The translations under genes and the position numbers were made by a program. A DNA stretch of 57,910 nt, filler included, from Sphacelaria rigidula (taxonomy: Eukaryota), in the NCBI GenBank assembly GCA_964200075.2. It is 6 parts of 6 records of this genome, joined end to end, with 100 filler letters (N's around TTAATTAATTAA, not from the genome) between each part and the next. Parts side by side here need not be neighbours in the genome. Positions count along the whole stretch, not along the records: positions 1 to 9,569 come from CAXNAA020008189.1; positions 9,670 to 19,238 come from CAXNAA020008190.1; 4 more parts are not named here. The stretch is one strand, 5' to 3'. The notes below the pieces were generated by a model, which was not told the DNA's origin, ran no database searches, and saw only the letters and a list, made by a program, of their open reading frames with translations. This document shows positions 1 to 12,821 of the stretch, one piece after another; position 1 is the stretch's first letter, and every line of letters begins with the position of its first letter.

Positions 1-72
1 GTCCCGGCATTGGAGGGATGCGAGGTCAATGGTCTCATGACTATGGCATGCGCGATCATGAGAACACCCCTC

Positions 73-808
73 GCCGAACGGGTGGCGAGTTACAATTGGG
101 TCGTCGCTATGCGATTGCGATGGAGGTTGCGCTCGCTATTCCACCGGGCAAGGTGAGGGTACCCAAGGGCTCGCTGGGGCCAATTTGCGAGCGCTACGGT
201 GTTGGTCCCGAGCACCCGAAGAAATTGTGCTAAAACGCCAAAGCCCAGATCGACGCTACACAGGACGTGGACGTTTCGAACTACACGAGGACTGGACGCC
301 CGTCGCTCCTCACGCCAACGAAGGTTGCGGCGCTGAAGAACGTCAATAAGCAGAATCAGTAATTTACGCTCCGGTAGGTGTCCAATCAGCTGAAAGACAT
401 CGGGCTGGATTATGGTACACAGAGGCCGTACAGCGGTTGTTCAAGAAAGAAGGGGCGGTGAAGGTGTCTCGCCGCATCAAACCCTCTCTTTCCCCTGCCC
501 AGAAGCTTCGCCGAATCGACATTATCTGCGATCAGGTGGACGAGACGATCGTGAATTTCCTCGATCGACCAGCTATTTTTTCTGGCACTTTTTTTGCCTC
601 TGAGAAAGGGGCGAAATATGGCCATTATCGGACCGACTGATTTTTTTGCGGTCGTTCGGCCGCATAGTTAAACAGCGAGCTGCAAAAACAAATTATATGC
701 TTTTGACTAGAAAACAGCCGAGAAATCGAGGAAAACATCGAAAATCAGATCGGACACGGGTAAGGGCTCGTACAAACTAATCCGATCAGACTTATGGGAC
801 AGAGGAAG
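73..808 (+). mobile_element. Internally deleted Tc1/mariner (DD39D/plant-mariner-like) element: degraded transposase N-terminus plus right TIR
   Basis: Interrupted frames read ...RTGRPSLLTPTKVAALK... and FKKEGAVKVSRRIKPSLSPAQKLRRIDIICDQVDE, resembling the HTH/IKP region of DD39D mariner transposases. Ends in GGGACAGAGGAAG followed by TA (796-810), similar to the Stowaway/DD39D TIR with a TA target. Stops and frameshifts present; no DDD domain seen. Confidence 0.75.
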
Positions 809-823
809 TACAACGTGTCACTT

Positions 824-1222
824 TGTTAATAAAATACCCCGCAAGAGCTCGGCGGAGTGGAACTTACTGAATCACGTACAAACCTTGATCCGCCTCACTC
901 CAACTTGAGATTGGAAGAATACCATAGCGACCACTTCCTTGGCCTTCAGACTGTAATAATATCTCCCGCGGTATTCCTTGGCTCATGCACACGTTAAATG
1001 GTTTATATAGTTCATTAGAGAGCACCCAAGTGATGCTATAACTCGGAAGAGTGTAAAAGAGAGAGAGAAGCCGGCGAGTGATTGGGGAGGAACCGCGTGA
1101 GCGGCTCAGGTACTGTACTGTACCACATTTGCACATACTTGACTGTCAGTACTCGTACGTCACCCCGATCCCCTGTTCCACGTAGATCCTGTCCGACTGG
1201 GTGTACCTGCATCACTCGAACA
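824..1222 (-). repeat. 3' LTR of the copia element
   Basis: About 970-1222 aligns with 6304-6555. On the minus strand it starts TG (tgttcgagtg) right after a purine tract (accagggggg, 1223-1232). The distal end at 824 (..ttaaca) is inferred. Confidence 0.75.
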
Positions 1223-1539
1223 CCCCCCTGGTCTGAGACCTCAGTGCTTCAAGCTCTCCACAAAAAAACAGTTATGAGGAGGAGACTCGGCCTTCCGACA
1301 AAAATCCCCTTCACACAAACTCCAACGCTTGTGCTGGAAATCCAACAGTTCCCTGTAGTAGACGTCTAGGCCAGGGCACATACACCTTACATCGGGAAAC
1401 GCCCTACAAACCCATGCCCCACAAAGTAGCGTGAGCGGCTTCACCCGACGCACGCGCAAATGCATTACGAAAACGATGACCTGAAACGCCTAGAGCTAAC
1501 ATATCCACAGACACAAAGAAGAATAACGTGCCAACTCGT

Positions 1540-4400
1540 TGCCCCCCATATTCATCAAGGCGCGTCGGTGCCTCTTGAACAACGTGACTGGGAGCGGTTT
1601 CGTTCGAATATCATCGTGCTGCCACTCTGAATCTACGTGCACCTTCCTATTTTCGCCTTTGCCCCAACCGAGTCCCGAATTGAATGCCATCTCATGTTTA
1701 CATGCTTGCTGCGAGACCTGACCTGAGACGGTTTTCGGCCAGAGCCTTAGCCCCCCCGTTTTCCTCATACGGATAATACCATATTCTGCCGCTCGTCCCA
1801 GCACAACCCTTGGTGGCAAAAAAGACAGGCCAGGGCCGACCTGACAAACATAAATTCCTTCGCCCCTTCGGCCATTGCCACACACTCAGCCTCCATGGTG
1901 GACAAAGTAACGCAGTGTTGCGTCCGACTGGTACTGGATACTGCCACTCCTCCATACATGACCGCTACCCCGGAAACTAACCGCCTGTCCGTCTCTTTTC
2001 GTAGTCGGCATCGCAGTACACTGAAAGTACACTCTCTCCTGAACTCAATGTCAAACCGTAGTTCCTAGTCCTATTCAGGTTTGCCAGGACTTTCAAAACT
2101 CCTTTTTAGTACCTCTCACATGAATCGTGTGACTGTCGGGCAAGAGCCTGGGCTGTATTGGCTATGTCGGGCCTAGTCATACCTGCCAAACACATCAAAG
2201 CGATACAATGGCCATCCCTCCTGCACTGTAACGGCCATGACCAAATTTATCCATGTCATGGCAGGAGTAGCTGCACATGGCTCGCCTTCGCTTTGATGAT
2301 TAATCTATTAGCGTCGGTTTTCCAACTTAACACCACTTGCTGTTATGACGTTCACTCCTACTCGATTTTCATCTCTCGAGAACGTACCGGCGCTTTTATG
2401 TCCATTCAACTCTGCACGCATAGCACTTAGCCATACTTCTTTTTACTCCGACTTTGCCACATCATCTACCGTCATGGGAGGGGTCTCTACATTCCTTACA
2501 TGCAAGCCGATGGGGGAACGCAAAGCAAATCTGGGCTCAACTTTCACGTTTTCTGCCGGGAAACAAAAATATCCTTGATCTGCAAAAGTCTCCTCATCAT
2601 CAGGGCTGCGCTGCCTCCCGCCTCCGGTCCGGATACTGCAGTGATCAGGTCCGTCGTCTCGAATCTTTCCCCCGACATTCCAGACAGAACTGTTTCCGCT
2701 TCCGCGCTTGTCATCAGGTGGGAAAGGTATTCCTCTGTCCGCGCCTCCAGGAATTTCTTCACCTCGTCTATCGCGGTTCCCAACCCTTCCCAGTCATCTG
2801 CCGCTCTTGTCGCACTGCGCGTACGACCTGCCATTTGAGGCTATAGAGACAACTCATCGTTGAGTGCAAGACGGCGCAGCTCCGTCCTTGGGAGTTCAGG
2901 AGCTCCACCGTCCCCCCGTCGTTGTGCTCAGGGGTGTCGACGGTTGTCGGCGGCAAGGTGACGCGGTGGTTGATGACAAGGCCGCGGGTGAGTACGGTGC
3001 CGGCAATGGGGGTGTCTTCTCTGTCGGCGTTGTTAGTGTTGCAGGCGTTGTTGGTTTAGACGTCGCTGCTGATGATGTTGCCGGCGCCACCGACGACGGC
3101 GGTGTAAGCGGCGCGGAGCCCTGATCATCGATGGGATCTTGAATGGGATTCTGTAAAGTTACCCTGCCTTCTCTGCCTCCGCAAGGAGACGGTTGAGTCA
3201 TGTCATTCCCCCCCGCCGTCAGCGGGAGTTCGCGGTGTGGCGTCGCCTGCCCTCCCTTCGGAGTCGGGTATCGAGAACGACACAGGGCGGGAACCGCGTG
3301 GCGAAGCACCCACGGCTGGGGTTTGCTCCACGGACTCGCTGCCGATCGGCCCTCCTTCGACGTGGTCATCCCTCGCTCCGCCAGGCGTTGGGAACGCTTG
3401 CTGTGGTGTGGGGGAAAGGGTAGGAGGAATGTACGCCCACGTTACATGTCTGGCCGTAATGAGTTGTCCCGTCTCGGTCATCACTCGCACCGCATCGCGC
3501 GGGTATCGGCTGGGCAGAAGTACCAGCATCTTTGTGTTTTCCGTTATAATTTTCTGTCCTCTGTGACCTACAAAACCCAGGTTCCAGGAAAGAGTGAGTT
3601 GTTATCTGGTGGTGATCCGTGCCACATCCCATATGGTGTCTTCTACCCCGGATAAGCCGAGGTTGCGATACAGTTCAAAGCATTGCTCGCCCAGTTTGCT
3701 TGCTCCGCTCCGCCCATAGATCTCCACTGTTTTGAATATTCTGGTTCCGGTGCGTTTGCGATGCTTGAATTTTGGCCGCAAGGCCAACTGACTCTATGAT
3801 ACCCATCACGCGTTCCGCTATACCGTTGAACTGTGAAGAACCGGCACTTACTTTCTCTTGCTTCATTTTTCCCTTATCGCAGGGTTCTTCGAACGCGCCC
3901 TCCGAGAGTTGACCTCCACCGTTGCTGCGAACCATCTCAACTTCCCTGGGGGATGTGGTATACTTAGTAAAGCATTGGTCGGCCCCATCCTTCGTGCGGA
4001 GAAAGTACAGTCTGGTGTTACCGGGAGTAATAATCACGAACCATCATGTACCCCCCCCCCCTCCCTCCCCCGCCCCCTGTAAGATCTACACACACTCTGG
4101 ACGCTGGCTTAGCTGCTCTGGTGTGTGTTGATCTTGGGATGGGCCGTCGGAATCCTTTCCCTTCTGAGCATCGACGGCGGGGTTTCATCTCGCTGCGCAG
4201 CTCCACTCCGAGCTACTTAGCCGTCTTGCGGAGGAAGTCCTCGTGTGCGTGCGCGTGAGAACAATGGAAACCGTTGATATCAACGACACGGGGGTTAGAT
4301 GGTGCCCCTGGGGCAATCACAGCACATGCTGACGCATGGTTGTCATGACTTACTGGATCTAGTCGGTTGGCGTACATTTTCAGGAGGTTGTGCTGACCGG
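1540..4400 (-). pseudogene. copia integrase / truncated RT / RNase H remnant
   Basis: Integrase core at about 3700-4100 and RNase H at about 1540-2020. RT is reduced to its N-terminus (SWKTDANRLIIKAKA) joined to its C-terminus (LMCLAGMTRPDIA); no YVDD motif seen. Confidence 0.85.
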
Positions 4401-4424
4401 GTATGCTCAGGGTGTTGCCTGACT

Positions 4425-5396
4425 TCAAGTCAACCCGAAAATCGTCAGGTGTACAAATGTACGTGTGGCCTGCAGCAGAGATCCTATAATAGTCAGTGAC
4501 AAGAGATGATGATGACGAAAGCCTGGCGCGTGGTCTACATTTTTGACATGTAAAACTACACATCCGTCGCATCTAAAGGCGAGAGTCATATATTGTCTGC
4601 CCACGATCGAGTAAGTACCGCCGCCGGTACACCGCAGTACCCTATTTCTGCATTCTCGATACTCCGTCATCTCACTAGGAACTGGCGAAACATGCTGGGT
4701 TGCCCCCGTGTCAAACACCCGCGGTTCGCCCCCATCTTGCTGCTCTACACCCACCATCTCAACAGCAAACGCACACTCGCCTATGGTGTCTTCGACGGTC
4801 TTCATGTCTATGCTTGTAAAAGCCTCCGCATCAGCATCTGAGCATATGGAGTCGTCGTCGACGACGTCGCTCACTAGGCCCACCGCCATATTCACGTCTT
4901 CTCTAGACTTCGGGCAGCCGAGTTTCTGATGCCCTTTATTTCCGCACTTGCCACCTCTCGATCGATGTTTCATTATCTTCTGACAGATGTGGTATCGCCA
5001 CGTCGTCGCCGCCCCAGATTGGCTATTCGGCGGTGAAGTAGACGACACGCTGCTCTTGTCCTGCTCCCTATCGCCACCGCGACCTTGGTCCTGGCTCTTC
5101 CACAGTTTTTGTTTCTGGCGCGGGCCGTTAGGTCTGCCGGGTTGGCCCTTGCCAGCGAGGGCCTGATCGCCTGGGGAAATGTTATTTTCCCTTCGCAACT
5201 TTCTGCTTAAAAACTGTCGATTCGAACGTTTTCGAATCGACCCCACCACGATTTCCCTCGTGAGTGGGACCTCCCGGTCCTCCAGCGCCTGTTTCTGTAG
5301 ATTGTACGCGACAGGGAGGGCATTCACAAATTCAAGGAGGATATGCGCCTCCGTGAGGTTGATGTGGTCGTAATACGATCTCAACTGCCTGGCCAC
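4425..5396 (-). pseudogene. copia gag-protease remnant
   Basis: 323-aa ORF with a gag UBN2-like stretch (FVNALPVAY), a CCHC-like knuckle and the aspartic protease motif FDTGAT. Confidence 0.85.
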
Positions 5397-6186
5397 CTCT
5401 TCCGTTTCGATCAGCTTTTGTATCGTGTCATCACGAACGCCAATGTTGACATGATCATATTTCTCTCACAGTGCCAGTCTAGCCCGGTTGGTCTTCGGGC
5501 AGTATAACTCGTTCAGTCCACGCCATAGAGCTGCAGGGGAAGGCATTCGGGACAGAATGTCTCGAACCCTGCTGTGTTATAGACTCGCCACTAACATCTG
5601 CTTTGCTCTTATATTCATGGCCACTAAGTCTCTGCCGTGCCCTGCCTCTAGGAAACGCACGGACAGTCCCGTGTTCCCCACCTCAACATCGTGCGAGTTA
5701 TCGTCCGACATGCTGAAATCCCAACCAGCTCCCTTGCTCCTCGCGAAATTGATGAGCTGGAGTTTATAATGGGAAAAATCTTCACTTTTTCCACTAACCT
5801 TCGGAGCAGTAGCCTTGAAAGTTTGAAGCCAACAACATTTCGGGCACTTGGTCGATCATGACCATACACAACGGCAGACTCACGTGCGGGGTCCATACCC
5901 CTTGCTCCGTCGCTTCCAGCCCTGTGGTCGCTCCCGCTCGGAGCTCCCTGCTCGCTTTCGCGATCGAGTCGGCGACTTCCAGATGCACTAGGGTTGACTA
6001 AGCTATCAGCATGGTGTTATTGTATCCCTTGAGCTCCTCCACCAGGAGACCCTTTGCTCTCGATTACGCTTCTCCACCTCACGCCACCAGACTCGTGATC
6101 ATATTCAAAACCATTGACTCTACTCTGTGATGCAGCCTGCCTTCACTGCACGTCCCTCACAAGATCAGTCAGTGCACTAACCTGAC

Positions 6187-6555
6187 TGTTGAACTGGCTC
6201 ATCATGTTTGCTCCTTGAGCACCTACTTCGTCTGCCCTCCCTACAGGAGAGGTGGCAGCTCTATCGTTCCCAGCCACACTTGCCCAATCGATGGATCACT
6301 AGTGTATTCCTTGGCTCAGGCACAGGGTAGATGGTATATATCGTTTATTAGAGAGCACCCAAGTAACGCTATAACTCAGGAGAGTTGGGAAGAAATGGAG
6401 AAGCCGACGAGTGGTCGAGGTGGGGGCCGCGTGGGCGGCTCAGGTACTGTACTGTACCACATTTGCGCATACTTGACTGTCAGTACTTCTATGTCACCCC
6501 GATCCCCTGTTCTATGTACATCTGTCCGACTGGGTGTACCTGAATAACTCAAGCA
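6187..6555 (-). repeat. 5' LTR of the copia element
   Basis: Starts TG (tgcttgagtt) on the minus strand and shares about 250 bp with the 3' LTR. The inner end at 6187 (..ttcaaca) is inferred. Confidence 0.7.
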
Positions 6556-8257
6556 CGCGTGAGTTCTGCTATCGACCGTAAAATGACGTCGCCCCTCGCC
6601 AGGGAGCTTTGGAGGGGTCCTTTGCAGAACCCACAGCTCGCGCCAGAAATGCTTGAAGTCAAGCTGGCGCGCGAGTTGGAGCGAAGACGTTGAGCCTAGT
6701 ACCCTCAGATATATATCGGAGCCCGAACGGTGCGTGTTAGCTGTGTTGCTTCGAGGGTTTATCCATGGACGGAGTGAAGAATGGAACAGCTGGCAGGATC
6801 CGTTGCTGCCTCCCCCCGGTTTCATATCGTACCCTCCACAATCATTGGACAATGAGCGTCGAATTGCAAAAACAAATGGTCATGCTAATGACCATCGTTC
6901 ACTACCCACACCGCGCCCTTGGCGCGTAGCGACACCAAATCTGTCGCTTCGATACCCACCTGTGGCATCATCCAAAATATACTCGAAGCTTGACCATCGT
7001 CACACACGAGGTGCACCTTGTGTCGATGCCCAAATATTCCAACATACCGCCTCTATAGTATCGAAAAGGAACAACACTGACAGGGAAAGGGTTTGGTATC
7101 GTAGGAACATGCCGTAGAGAAGGAATTATCTGCTCCAGTAGGCGAGGGAAAGGTGCTGAGTGGGAATATTGTTTTGGTTTGAAACCGTCAAAAAGAGGCG
7201 AATTCAAGGGGTGTGTGGGAGGCGATAAGGTCAAAGCACACACACAAGAAGCAGGTCATAACGGACATTACTCGGCATCTCCGTTCTACTGCTCTAGGGC
7301 GAGATTGGACACCAAACAAGTGCGGTAGGGCATGTCTACCGAGAGTATTGCACAAAGATAGACTCTCCAACGTGTTGCCCATATTTAGTTGATTTCTAGC
7401 CAGAATTACAGTGAGATGCCGACACGTACTCCGGCTGCGACCTAGAGACAAAATCCACTCTACAGCAGTAAGAAGAGACGAGATTTTGCTGCTGTACGAA
7501 ACATGCGCAATGCTGCCCACGGGAACTGGTGTAACTCTATCAATTATTGCGTTGAGAACGGCCTAGAAATATTGTACGAAATACTATATTCCAGGTCGTC
7601 TTATTGTCTCGAGGCCACATGTGCGATACTGACGTAATCGGGTCGAACAGCGCACACATACCACTAGAAGCCCCATTTTCGGGTCGGTCCTAGGATGGCG
7701 ACAGTTTCTTCTTTTCCTCACGCTCGTTGAAGAACAAACTCGATGTACGTGCTCCCCAGCAGTGTATCAGTCGACAATATGCACTGATTGGCCTCGGATA
7801 CATGTTTGTCGGTCCCCCCACGTGCGCTTGGGTGTGTGCGGAGGGTTTATACCGAGAACTTACAGAAGCACAGTTGACACATGAAAATGAGGGATGCAAG
7901 CCCTCTCCCGGGTATCGGAGACCCTAGTACGCCCGTAACACAGCTGTTTTAGCCCTCAGGGTTGTGGGTAAAATGCTGCAAACGTGCACAATAGTGAATT
8001 CCCCGCCCTGCTGCAGTGTGAGTGATGGCTGTTTCGTTGCTCGTTGTGGTGATATCCACCAGCAGGGGTATACCAAGCACGTGCAGATTGCGAAACACAC
8101 ACTCAATAATGTTTGTTGTTCACCAAGTCTGTCTGTTGCGATACTGCCCTGAGGCCATGCGCCTGCCATGCTTCGTATGCAGTATCTTCGGACACGGATC
8201 CGGTCTCCTGTGGTGCTGCTGCAGATGGGGCGTTTTGGGCTCCAGAACTCGCAATTC

Positions 8258-8323
8258 TCTTGCGCGATGGCTATGTGTATTCCATGAAGAGAAAGTGCCA
8301 GGTTCAAATCCCGGCTCTGACTA
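8258..8323 (+). repeat. Degenerate tRNA-like sequence (possible SINE head)
   Basis: T-arm/B-box ccaGGTTCAAATCCcgg and a weak A-box tgcgcgatgg. No complete cloverleaf. Confidence 0.3.
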
Positions 8324-9461
8324 ATGTGACAAAATACGATAATCACTCGAAGTCAGGCGGGAGAGAAACAAGAAGTCGTAAAATTGGTGGGGAACCAGAA
8401 AACTGGTGGATGACTAGCAAGAGCGCACAGAATCACGGAAAAGTCTTATGCGGGAATTTTAGCTTGGCTAAACACACACTAAGCACACGCAAAGGACAAG
8501 TGAAGAAAATAGACACATATATCCTCACCGCTCGCCTGCATAAAAAGTTTCCTCCACAGACCCATTCTCGTCGAAGAACCACGAGGCGATCATGACGGGG
8601 GGAAAGATGTGGATACCACCAACATAGGAGGGGGAAAATCCCATCACCATCTGTCGAGAGCTCAGTACTACATCTAAACCTGTCAGGAAAATGGAATGCA
8701 GTCAAAAGATGTGAGCGCTAGCTGAAGTAGATGTGGCTCGACCTTATCCGGAACGAAGAACAGCCAGACAGGCAAGATCCACTATCGCGCGAGTTGGGTG
8801 GAAGCAAACCCCTCCCACTCTCCCATCTCCAGGGGTGGGAAATGTGTACAAGTTTTGCTAAGCTTTCACAGCTGAAATACGTCACACAACAGTGTTGTAC
8901 AAGTAAAAGGTACAATTTACAAACGGCGGCAACGCATGTTACCGTAAATACGTGCCTTATTTTACGGCAGGGAGTCGAGAAAACGGCAGTATCCCACGGC
9001 TTAACCTTGGTCGAAACTTACAAGTGCTTCGCCCCCCCCCCAAAAAAAAAACAAAAGACGCCGGGCCTCACCCCAAACACACCGAGAAGCCTGTCTTTAT
9101 TGTATGTGGCGAGAAAGCTACTGTTTTCGAGCAAACGGGTTTCCTCGACCGACGCTGGAATATTTCCACTGACCAATCTATCACGATCTAGTGCAGTGCT
9201 GGCGTTTCCCATGCTTAAGCACGCTGCGGTCTGCAGCCCTCGTTGTTCATGTTTGTGCGCCTCGCGGTATCTACTGTCTTGTTCTAATCCCTACACTACG
9301 AAAGATAAATATTGGACTTCATACTAAAGTCAAGTAGTTAATTGACCTTAAACGGAAGCTGAGTAAAATTTACCGTATATTCAAGTCCAGTAGTTACCCT
9401 ATGATGCACTATAACCGAGTGGCTCACTGACACATTTAGAACAGGTAGTTGGACAACCCCC

Positions 9462-9508
<47 letters not shown>

Positions 9509-9569
9509 TTCTGCGTGTTTTTCTCCCCCCCCCCCCCCCTCTTCTCTTTGTTTTTTTTTTTTTTTTCAT

Positions 9570-9669
9570 NNNNNNNNNNNNNNNNNNNNNNNNNNNNNNN
9601 NNNNNNNNNNNNNTTAATTAATTAANNNNNNNNNNNNNNNNNNNNNNNNNNNNNNNNNNNNNNNNNNNN
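9570..9669. other. Artificial contig spacer (N44-TTAATTAATTAA-N44); also at 19239-19338, 28908-29007, 38576-38675 and 48244-48343
   Basis: 100-nt spacers with the same six-frame stop linker. Intervening contig lengths fall monotonically from 9569 to 9567 bp. Confidence 0.97.
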
Positions 9670-10271
9670 AAGCAACAGAATTTTGTACGGGACACACACA
9701 AAAGAGTGAGAAAAAGAAAAAAATGGGCCTTCCATTTTTTTTTCATAGAGGTTAGGGCGTTCTCGTGAAATATGGTCTTACCATAGTAGAACGCCCTAAA
9801 CCACTGGGAAAAATTGAAAAAAATCAACCTAACCCACTTTCTTTTGTTAATTATGCCTTAAAGAGCGCCCACACAAGATTTCGATACACAAACACCAAAC
9901 GTGGACCGGTAAATGGCCTGCAAAATATTGTTCCGAATTTTTCTGACCCTGTCACTAAACGGCCGATTATACGGCCAATACTTGGAGTTGGACCCTGAAA
10001 TTTGGTATGGACAATGAGTAGGGCATAATAAAAAAATTACTGGCGTACACAAGTTTCTTGTTTTTTCATGAGTTAAGCGCAATAATCAGTTTTCAGATAT
10101 CGGTAAAATGCCCCCTAACTCATGAAAAAAAGAAAAACCACTTGAGTACGCCAGTATTTTTTCTATTATGCCCTACTCATTGTCCATACCAAATTTCAGG
10201 GTCCAACTCCAAGTATTGGCCGAATAATGGGCCTGCAAATTGCAGAATCGCTTCTCGGCTGGCCCAGCTCG
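9670..10271 (+). mobile_element. Right part of a Tc1/mariner-like non-autonomous element with a long internal palindrome (copy 1)
   Basis: Ends ggctggcccagctcg|TA and is homologous to 39590-40145. Inverted arms at about 9966-10082 and 10107-10228. Confidence 0.8.
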
Positions 10272-12821
10272 TACATGGCTCATATTCCAGGTTTCAACTT
10301 AGTCTACAGTTTACCGGATTGCACGACGATGCCGGTGCTGCACCGTAAAGCGCTGATTCATGTGCAAGTATGGAACAGTTTCACATGAGCACAATCAAGA
10401 GTTGACACACTTCCGAGAATGCAACAGCACTTCCCATGCAACACCAGGCAAACGGACGCTACTGCTGCAGCTGCTTATGATTAGTCTGTCCTGCCTGTAT
10501 GCCTGTCTGTCGGTATCCCTCTGTGATTATGTTTGGGGTTCACATGCGGAAGAAGCCTGCCACTGTTGTCGACAAAAACTGTGCACGGCAACATTTGTGC
10601 AATGAAGAATTCTGCGCATGAATGTGTCGACCATAACACCGCACACACATACACACGCGGCCGCATTGATCTGTCGGCTGACTAGAAGGGCAAGCGCGCT
10701 GGGCGTGGTGAGGACGTACCGGTGTACCTTTAGAGCTAAACGTTCAAGCCGCGGACCGTTTGTCATTGAGGGACATGCAAAAACGTGGATAGAAATGGAT
10801 AACCCGGCAGAATCTCACCTGAAGCACATTTCTGACCTCCCCATCTTGCGAAACATATTCGCACCAGTTATTCATCCCCGTGGAACCAGCCTACAGTAGC
10901 AGCAGCAGTAGCGGCAACAGCGTGTGATCAAACAATAATCGCCCTGATGCCATTTGAGAATACAATGCGGAGAGATCCAGGTTGCTACGCGGAATATCAT
11001 AATCCAATGCAGCTGTAAAGAATGACACTCTGCGCGAAACACGACTGCGTTTGCCCGACAGAAATGGAACAAGGAAGCTGAAGCAACCCTCCTGCCCGAT
11101 CCTGCGGGAGGGCTTGTACCTGCGTATAGTGGCCAGTTACACCAGTCAACACTGCGATTGAAAAGCAGAGAAACATAAAATGTATCGTGTGAGTCGCGAG
11201 GGCAGGCGTGCGAGCAATGGCGACCCTGATACACCGCCGCGGTCTACGCGACAGCCATTGGCGTTTTCCGACAATGCCAAGAGAAGAGCTGGGATGAGCA
11301 CGGGAGGGGGTGATAGGCGTGTGAGCCCGTGGCTCAAGGCCGTGGGAGTTATTTTTGCACTGATGTTCATCCGGCGGGTGAGGGTTGCGTAGAGGCTGTT
11401 TTTTTCTGTGAAATAATTTTTGTGGTGCTGCGCTAGACCACTGTCTGTTGTACTGCACCGTAGTCGTGTACCAGTATGTCCTCGTGGACTGTTTGAAAGG
11501 TATTACTCCGTTTTAACTGCAAAAACTCGAAGATGGGTCCGCACGCAATTCAGACCAACGAGCAAGCCAGGGGTATATAAGCCAGCGTTCGGTAATTCAT
11601 CGCAGCAAGAATTGTACAGCACCCCACGCACGGTTTTTGGTGTAGAGGGTGCTTGCTTTATGTTGTGGTTTTCCCTTCTCGAAACAATCATGGTTGCGGT
11701 AATGAGAACCAAAGGGACGAGCCTTCATCACGTAACCCGTGAGTCGCCAGCAGATAAACCCCAGTCGTGTCCTGTCGAGCACGTGAGGTCCCGTGTGTAT
11801 ATGGTCGTACAGTTAATGCTCCCGCGTAACAGAGCTTCCGCCGGCTGTTCACACGGCGCTCTTGCTGCCTGGTAGTGCACGTGGTCGGCTATGTCAACTG
11901 TGCATGCAAGCTCTCATGTGCACCCCTCGTAGCCGTCCAGTACATCGTACGAGGATCAGACAGGTTGACCTTACGATATTTCCAATACTGTAAAGTTCAC
12001 ACGAGTTCGTCAACGATCTTGATTTGAGACTGGGAATCATCAGATTCGGATCTTTAGGGGCATGGCGATACCGACTGCCCCTTACACAGAGCTCGTTTTT
12101 CCACTCCATGGTTTATGGTATGACTGCACTGTTCCAAGAACGTTTTCGGAAAATTATTGTTTTCCAAATAACCCTTAGCCTAGCCCCAACCCTTACTGAG
12201 ACATAACTTTCTGATAACCTCCGGGCATCGGGGGGTGCAGAGGTCCCTCTAGGCAAAGTGTGCGTCGGCTGATTCCATGCCCTCGACAACATTATATGGT
12301 CAATCGTTGTAGTAGAAAAAATGTACTGCGTGAAGTAAGGCCTATTGCAACTTTTAGGACGATCCGACATTGGTTGCGAAAGGCCTATTCGACAATATTT
12401 CGTTTTGCGCATGCTATTTATCAATAGGAGCTCTTGGGACTGTCAGCCCCACTAAGGCCGGTTCTTATCGGAGGCGATCAACCGTTTTTCACGAACTCGT
12501 TTCTCAAAACAAAACCATAAAGATGGCCTGTTGTCGCTGCCATACTAATCCCCCGCAAAGAGTGCCATACAATCGGTTTTGCTTTCAGCTCGAAGAGGAG
12601 TATACATGTCCCGTTGACGGGCACATGCAGAGGTCACACACAACTCTCACACAATCAATGAGAGTTGGACACGAAGAGCTCAATACCCTCACATGACACC
12701 CAATTCAACAAAATCAGAGATTAATCTGAGGAAGTCATTTTCCCCGCAAAGCAAAAACACAGCTCGGCCATAGTTGCTCATCAGCTGAGTACAGTGTGGG
12801 TGGCCTTAGGTTCCCTCTTGA

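Larger units (their letters stand above)
824..6555 (-). mobile_element. Degenerate Ty1/copia LTR retrotransposon
   Basis: Minus-strand order is gag/zinc knuckle (CGNKGHQKLGCP), protease (VFDTGATQH), pre-integrase (HCSHAH), integrase (DYYSR, VRSNGGG, QFNGIAER), SH3-like (RDAVRV..ARHVTW), partial RT (GMTRPDIA), RNase H (YCDADY, TQHCVTLSTMEAE). Flanked by related direct repeats. Many stops and frameshifts. Confidence 0.93.

Noticed and set aside
12113-12424. LINE endonuclease remnant (TTIDHIML)
   Set aside because: It is a single short motif with no other APE or RT motifs nearby.
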